Shown one piece after another: positions 29,442-33,824 of a stretch of 33,824 nucleotides of DNA. The stretch is from positions 1 through 33,824 of the forward strand of contig JAYPVM010000017.1 in the NCBI GenBank assembly GCA_038134595.1, given 5' to 3'. Each line of letters starts with the position of its first letter. The first letter of the stretch is position 1. The notes beneath the pieces are model-generated. The model was not told where the DNA came from. It did no database searches and worked only from the letters and a program-made list of their open reading frames with translations. The DNA comes from Pseudomonadota bacterium. GTDB lineage: Bacteria > Bdellovibrionota_C > UBA2361 > OMII01. A program made the position numbers and the translations under genes.

Positions 29442-30356
29442 ATGACCTCCATTTTTGCTTTATTTCCCGGACAGGGCTCTCAAAAAGTCGGCATGGGTAA
29501 AACCCTCTGTGAGCAGTATCCACAAGCCGCAGAGCTGTTTCAAGAGGCCGACGAAGCATTGGGATTTTCACTCTCCTCTATCTGCTTTGATGGGCCACTC
29601 GAAAAACTCACACTCACCGAGATTACACAGCCTGCAATTCTCACCGTCAGCACCGCTTGCTTTAAACTATGGCAAGAAACTGCTGGAGCAGCACACACGG
29701 TTGTGGGTGCCGCAGGACACTCTCTCGGAGAGTACTCAGCGTTAGTGGCTGCAGGGGCATTATCCTTTAAGGACGCTGTGCAACTCGTCCACAAACGGGG
29801 GAAATACATGCAGGAAGCCGTTCCTGTTGGAACAGGCCGAATGGTTGCAGTTCTCGGCAAGGACGTAGCCGACATCGAGGCAGCCCTACCTACGGAGGGC
29901 TCTGAGGTAGCTCAGATAGCCAACATTAACGCTCCTGGACAAGTAGTCGTTGCAGGCTCGGTAAATGGAGTCCAGATGTTTCTCGATAAACTCGGCGCAG
30001 CGAAGACAGTAGAACTTACCGTAAGCGCTCCCTTTCACTGTGACTTAATGAAACCTGCAGAGGAAAAACTACGAGAGGACCTTGCGACAGTAGCCATCTC
30101 CAAGCCAGCATTTCCTGTATTTCAAAATTATACAGCAGAAGCCTCTGATGATCCTGAGCAAATCCGAGAGAACCTGGCTCTTCAAGTGTGCGGCAGAGTG
30201 CGTTGGGTTGAATGTGTCAACAACGCACTCACTCAAAGCGCAGCAGAAGAAGCCTGGGAGTTTGGAGCAGGAAATGTACTCTCTGGCTTGATGAAGAGAA
30301 TCTCTTCGGGAACCCCCCGAAAAAATATAGACGGCACAGATTCTCTCGAAGGCTAG
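29442..30356 (+). CDS. fabD: Malonyl-CoA:ACP transacylase
   Basis: FPGQGSQ, TQPAI, GHSLGEY, ANIN.PGQVV, VSAPFH; start ATG 29442. Confidence 0.97.
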   Translation: MTSIFALFPGQGSQKVGMGKTLCEQYPQAAELFQEADEALGFSLSSICFDGPLEKLTLTEITQPAILTVSTACFKLWQETAGAAHTVVGAAGHSLGEYSALVAAGALSFKDAVQLVHKRGKYMQEAVPVGTGRMVAVLGKDVADIEAALPTEGSEVAQIANINAPGQVVVAGSVNGVQMFLDKLGAAKTVELTVSAPFHCDLMKPAEEKLREDLATVAISKPAFPVFQNYTAEASDDPEQIRENLALQVCGRVRWVECVNNALTQSAAEEAWEFGAGNVLSGLMKRISSGTPRKNIDGTDSLEG

Positions 30357-30481
30357 CACTTCTCGGTAAGGAATTGCCGATTACAGAGTGGCTGATCAGA
30401 TAACGCTACGGAGTTACGTCCTGTCATCACACAGACCGGCGTTCTAGGACGTGAATTCGAAAACTATCACCGACTCGGATC

Positions 30482-31378
30482 TTACGCCGCTCTAGCTTCT
30501 TTTCTCTTGGTATGATGTGCGCAGTTTTTCGAACATGTCATTCGATGAGACTGCTCTATGCACGAGTGGCAGACGACAGCTTCCTTCGCACACTCTTTAC
30601 ATGATATGCGCTCTTTTGCTGGATTACCGCAATGGGGGCACAATTTATAGGTTTTCGAGGGAGCTAGATCTCCATCAACCGCCACACGATGGTCAAAAAC
30701 AAAGCACTCGCCCTTAAAGAATCCTTGCGGATACTTTTCTAAATACTTCAAAATACCACCCTCTAGTTGATAGACCGATTCGTAGCCAAGCCTCTTAACC
30801 TCTGGGACTGCCTTCTCACATCGGATACCACCGGTACAGTACATGAGAATCTTCTTATCCTTAGGAAGGTTATTCTCCTCAACCCACCCTTGAAAGTCGC
30901 TAAACTTTTTTATCTTGGGATCCACAGCACCCTCAAAGACCCCAATCTCTGTTTCATAGTCATTGCGGGTATCAACTATAAGCACATTAGGATCAGATTC
31001 AATCAACTCATGCCACTTCTCGGGTGATAGATGCGTTCCCTCTGACTCTTCGTGCGATATCGACAAATCCTTAGTAGTAATTATCTCCGGCCGGACATCA
31101 ACTTTAAAACGCGGAAACGGCGTTGAATCAGCATAGGACAACTTTGGAGTTATCTCATCATTCGGAAACATTTCGCATAAAAGAGCTTGCAAGGCTTCGA
31201 TAGTTTTCGCCGAACCAGCAACGGTAGCATTGATCCCTTCCATTCCCATCACAAGAAGGCCAGTAAGATTTAACTCCTCAGCAAAACGCTCAAATGAACC
31301 TCGAATAGTATCAAGGGAATCATTTGGTATAGCGATAAACTTATAGAATGCAGCAATTACAATTTTCTGAGCACTCAT
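30482..31378 (-). CDS. trhO: tRNA U34 hydroxylase TrhO (YceA/UPF0176 rhodanese family)
   Basis: FYKF, EGINAT, DTRNDYE..IG.F.GA, MYCTGGIRCEKA, GGILKY, G.CFVFD.R; start ATG 31378 with GAGGAG. Confidence 0.92.
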   Translation of the reverse strand: MSAQKIVIAAFYKFIAIPNDSLDTIRGSFERFAEELNLTGLLVMGMEGINATVAGSAKTIEALQALLCEMFPNDEITPKLSYADSTPFPRFKVDVRPEIITTKDLSISHEESEGTHLSPEKWHELIESDPNVLIVDTRNDYETEIGVFEGAVDPKIKKFSDFQGWVEENNLPKDKKILMYCTGGIRCEKAVPEVKRLGYESVYQLEGGILKYLEKYPQGFFKGECFVFDHRVAVDGDLAPSKTYKLCPHCGNPAKERISCKECAKEAVVCHSCIEQSHRMTCSKNCAHHTKRKEARAA

Positions 31379-31394
31379 TCTCTCCTCTCCGAAC

Positions 31395-32924
31395 TTAATA
31401 TGCCTTGGCAAATATTACATCTTGCGTAGCCGGCCTTCCCGTCACCACACACACTCCCTCAGTCTCACTTTGCTCAAATGGTATGCAGCGCACCGTTACT
31501 TTCAATGCAGCTAGTTTCTCCAGCGCATCCTCTCCACCTGCCCATTTAGCAAGCACAAATCCCCCATGAATCTCAGGCTTCTCTGAATTAGCAGGGGTAA
31601 AGAAGCGCTCAAACTCTTCCCACGTCGTAATACCTCTGTGTATGTGCTCGTCTCGATACGCTCTAGCCTGCGCTAAATAATTTGCCTGCATATCCCGCAA
31701 GGTATCTCCGATAGTTGAGATAGCCTCTTCTCGTGAGCAAAACTTTTTATCTCGTGGCGCGCCATCACGTCGATACACAACGACCTGACCTGATTCAATA
31801 TCTCGCGGCCCCACTTCTATACGAACAGGAATGCCCTTCTTAATCCACTCCCAACTCTTATCTCCACCTCGGATGTCCCTTTTATCAACGACAACCTCAA
31901 CTGGTATTCCGTCGAAGCTCTGCTCGCGAAGCTCTCCGGCAATGGCATCAGCGTACGCAAACACCGCGTCTTGCAACGCTTCTTTGGGCACAACAGGAAT
32001 AATAACAACATGCTTTGGCGCAATCTTTGGCGGCAATCGCAGTCCATCATCATCTGAGTGAGTCATAATCACGCCGCCTATTAATCGGGTGGAAACTCCC
32101 CAGGAGGTCGTGTAGGCACATTCTTGCTCTCCCTCTTTATTGAGGAAGTTAATACCCGCCGCTCTAGAGAAATTTTGACCTAAATAATGCGACGTCCCAG
32201 CCTGCAAAGCTTTTCTGTCTTGCATCATGGCTTCAATACAATACGTCCGCTCAGCACCCGGGAAGCGCTCATCCGCAGTCTTCTCTCCCTTAATAACCGG
32301 CAAGGCCAAATAATTTTCGGCGAGATCTGCATACACATTGAGCATTGTAAACGTCTCATCAACCGCCTCCTGCTCGGTTGCGTGCGCCGTATGGCCCTCC
32401 TGCCACAAGAATTCAGCAGTTCTGAGAAACAGTCGTGTGCGCATCTCCCACCGCATTACATTCGCCCATTGATTTATGAGAAGCGGCAAGTCTCGATACG
32501 ACTGAACCCAACGAGAAAATGATTCTCCGATAATTGTCTCCGAGGTAGGACGAATAACAAACGGCTCGTCGAGCTCGCCCGCCGGAATTAACTTTCCGTC
32601 CTTTTCCTGCAGTCTATGGTGAGTTACCACAGCACACTCTTTGGCAAAACCATCGACATGAGCCGCTTCCTTCTCCATAAAGCTGAGCGGTATAAGCAAT
32701 GGAAAGTACGCATTCATATGTCCCGTATCCTTAATCATCTTATCAAGATGCTTCTGGATATTTTCCCATACACCGTATCCCCACGGCTTAATAACCATAC
32801 AGCCCCTAACAACAGACGTTTCAGCTAGGTCGCCCGCCTTAACCACCTGTTGATACCACTCTGGATAATCCTCTGCCCTGCGAGGGGAGATTGCTGTCGC
32901 TTGCGATTTCTTATCTGTACCCAT
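31395..32924 (-). CDS. proS: Proline-tRNA ligase, archaeal/eukaryote-like family I
   Basis: GCMVIKPWG, RPTSET, NQWANVMRWE, FLRTAEFLWQEGHT, LQAGTSH.LGQNF, C-terminal AKAY; no INS editing domain. Confidence 0.97.
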   Translation of the reverse strand: MGTDKKSQATAISPRRAEDYPEWYQQVVKAGDLAETSVVRGCMVIKPWGYGVWENIQKHLDKMIKDTGHMNAYFPLLIPLSFMEKEAAHVDGFAKECAVVTHHRLQEKDGKLIPAGELDEPFVIRPTSETIIGESFSRWVQSYRDLPLLINQWANVMRWEMRTRLFLRTAEFLWQEGHTAHATEQEAVDETFTMLNVYADLAENYLALPVIKGEKTADERFPGAERTYCIEAMMQDRKALQAGTSHYLGQNFSRAAGINFLNKEGEQECAYTTSWGVSTRLIGGVIMTHSDDDGLRLPPKIAPKHVVIIPVVPKEALQDAVFAYADAIAGELREQSFDGIPVEVVVDKRDIRGGDKSWEWIKKGIPVRIEVGPRDIESGQVVVYRRDGAPRDKKFCSREEAISTIGDTLRDMQANYLAQARAYRDEHIHRGITTWEEFERFFTPANSEKPEIHGGFVLAKWAGGEDALEKLAALKVTVRCIPFEQSETEGVCVVTGRPATQDVIFAKAY

Positions 32925-33126
32925 GAGTCTCCGAAAATCTTATGTACTTGAGCGTAGTTACCGAGTGGTAAATGTATCATCACCACCTATTTTAAGTAAA
33001 CGGCTGGCTACGAATCATCCATCACGCGAGCTCCTCGTTACAATCGTTGTTAATAGGTCCCAAAAAATCCATAAATCTTAATGCCTTGGAAGAAATTCGT
33101 AGCCCAATAAAAGAGCCTCCACCTGT

Positions 33127-33153
33127 TAAGAAAATCACCCTGACAGTCGAAAT
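33127..33153 (+). promoter_or_regulatory. Candidate sigma28-type promoter of the flgM-like gene
   Basis: TAAG (33127-33130), 15 nt, GTCGAAAT (33146-33153). Confidence 0.5.
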
Positions 33154-33246
33154 CCATTATACGCGGGCAACAACAGGCCAACCTCAATGCCGAGATAGCC
33201 GATCACGTTGCCGTTAAAACACTATAAGACAAAAGGTGGAGCAGCC

Positions 33247-33441
33247 ATGAGCCAAGGGGACAATCAAAGACCGCAACGCAAACGCGGATTTACCTCAGTA
33301 GCACTACAGTGGATAGCTGAGCGATTGCGTCGATCAGACCAAATAAAGAACGAGCTCGCAGACGGAACATACAAAGTCGACTCCACAAAAGTCGCTGAAG
33401 CCTTGGTGAGCAAAGAGGAAGGAAGAAGTCACCACAACTAA
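33247..33441 (+). CDS. flgM: FlgM-like anti-sigma28 factor, short form (64 aa)
   Basis: R..QIKNELADGTYKVDSTKVAEALV matches the FlgM C-terminal sigma28-binding signature; GGAG 5 nt before ATG 33247. Confidence 0.7.
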   Translation: MSQGDNQRPQRKRGFTSVALQWIAERLRRSDQIKNELADGTYKVDSTKVAEALVSKEEGRSHHN

Positions 33442-33768
33442 TCGCGCCTCAGGCGTACTATCAAGACGACACTGATATTGGCTAATCGTGCCGATCATTA
33501 AAATGCGCCTCGTCTCGCTCTAGGAGAAGCGCGTTGTGAATATCGAAACACTGAGATACTGTTTCATTCTCGCCGGTAACACTACGCTCAAAGGGCCCTT
33601 TTACACATCCGGAGACCTATTCCAAGCATTTTTGCCCAGGATAGTGCTTCGTTCATCGTTTTCTCAATCACTCCTAATGAAATCCTCATCTAATCAATTG
33701 AATATTCAATAAGTTTGTTATGAAATAAAGTAAGACGCACACTACAAGTGTCTTTTGTTTGACCAATC

Positions 33769-33824
33769 ATGAGCTCTCACAATTCAAAAGTTAGCGCAGC
33801 TGGGTTGCTAATCGCTCTCGGAAT
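33769..33824 (+). CDS. kup: Probable KUP/HAK/KT potassium transporter, 5' fragment running off the window
   Basis: MSSHNSKVSAAGLLIALG(I) resembles the Kup N-terminus preceding the G-D-I-G-T-S-P-L-Y motif; only 18 full codons are visible. Confidence 0.6.
   Translation, partial: MSSHNSKVSAAGLLIALG

Noticed and set aside
30366..30383. Hairpin TCGGTAA-GGAA-TTGCCGA between convergent fabD and trhO
   Set aside because: Short, with no U-tract on either strand; cannot be called a terminator.
33442..33768. c-di-AMP (ydaO) riboswitch upstream of the K+ transporter
   Set aside because: Conserved ydaO motifs (GCUGAAUC, GGGGAAC, GUCAGCUAAC) are absent.

Overview
Bacterial chromosomal window, mostly housekeeping, from a diderm and probably deltaproteobacterial-type lineage (inferred from gene content). 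It carries prmC-prfA, groES-groEL, an Lpp/OprI-like lipoprotein with an L,D-transpeptidase, SIMPL, mce, purE-purK, sua5, infC, fumC, skp, recQ, rpiA, a GT2 glycosyltransferase, a VKOR-DsbA fusion, an M16 peptidase pair, fabD, trhO, proS, an orphan flgM-like gene and the first codons of a probable kup. I saw no rRNA, tRNA, CRISPR array or transposase. The best candidate for a new system is the infC leader. A perfect SD (AAAGGAGG) plus an ATT codon, the classical IF3-sensing start, opens a 29-codon upstream ORF instead of infC. That ORF ends in a TAG in frame with infC, overlapping the SD of a TTG-initiated infC, which suggests IF3 autoregulation through a leader peptide or amber read-through. 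Other highlights: a 190-bp rod-like palindromic element bounded by CTAG; a sigma28-type promoter driving an unannotated 32-aa PVPVR micro-protein; a short FlgM-like protein with its own sigma28-like promoter; a catalytically dead beta-lactamase-fold protein heading the prfA operon; an Asp-less receiver domain; and a small secreted protein ending in a beta-signal-like strand beside skp. All calls come from reading the sequence by eye; no searches or folding programs were run.
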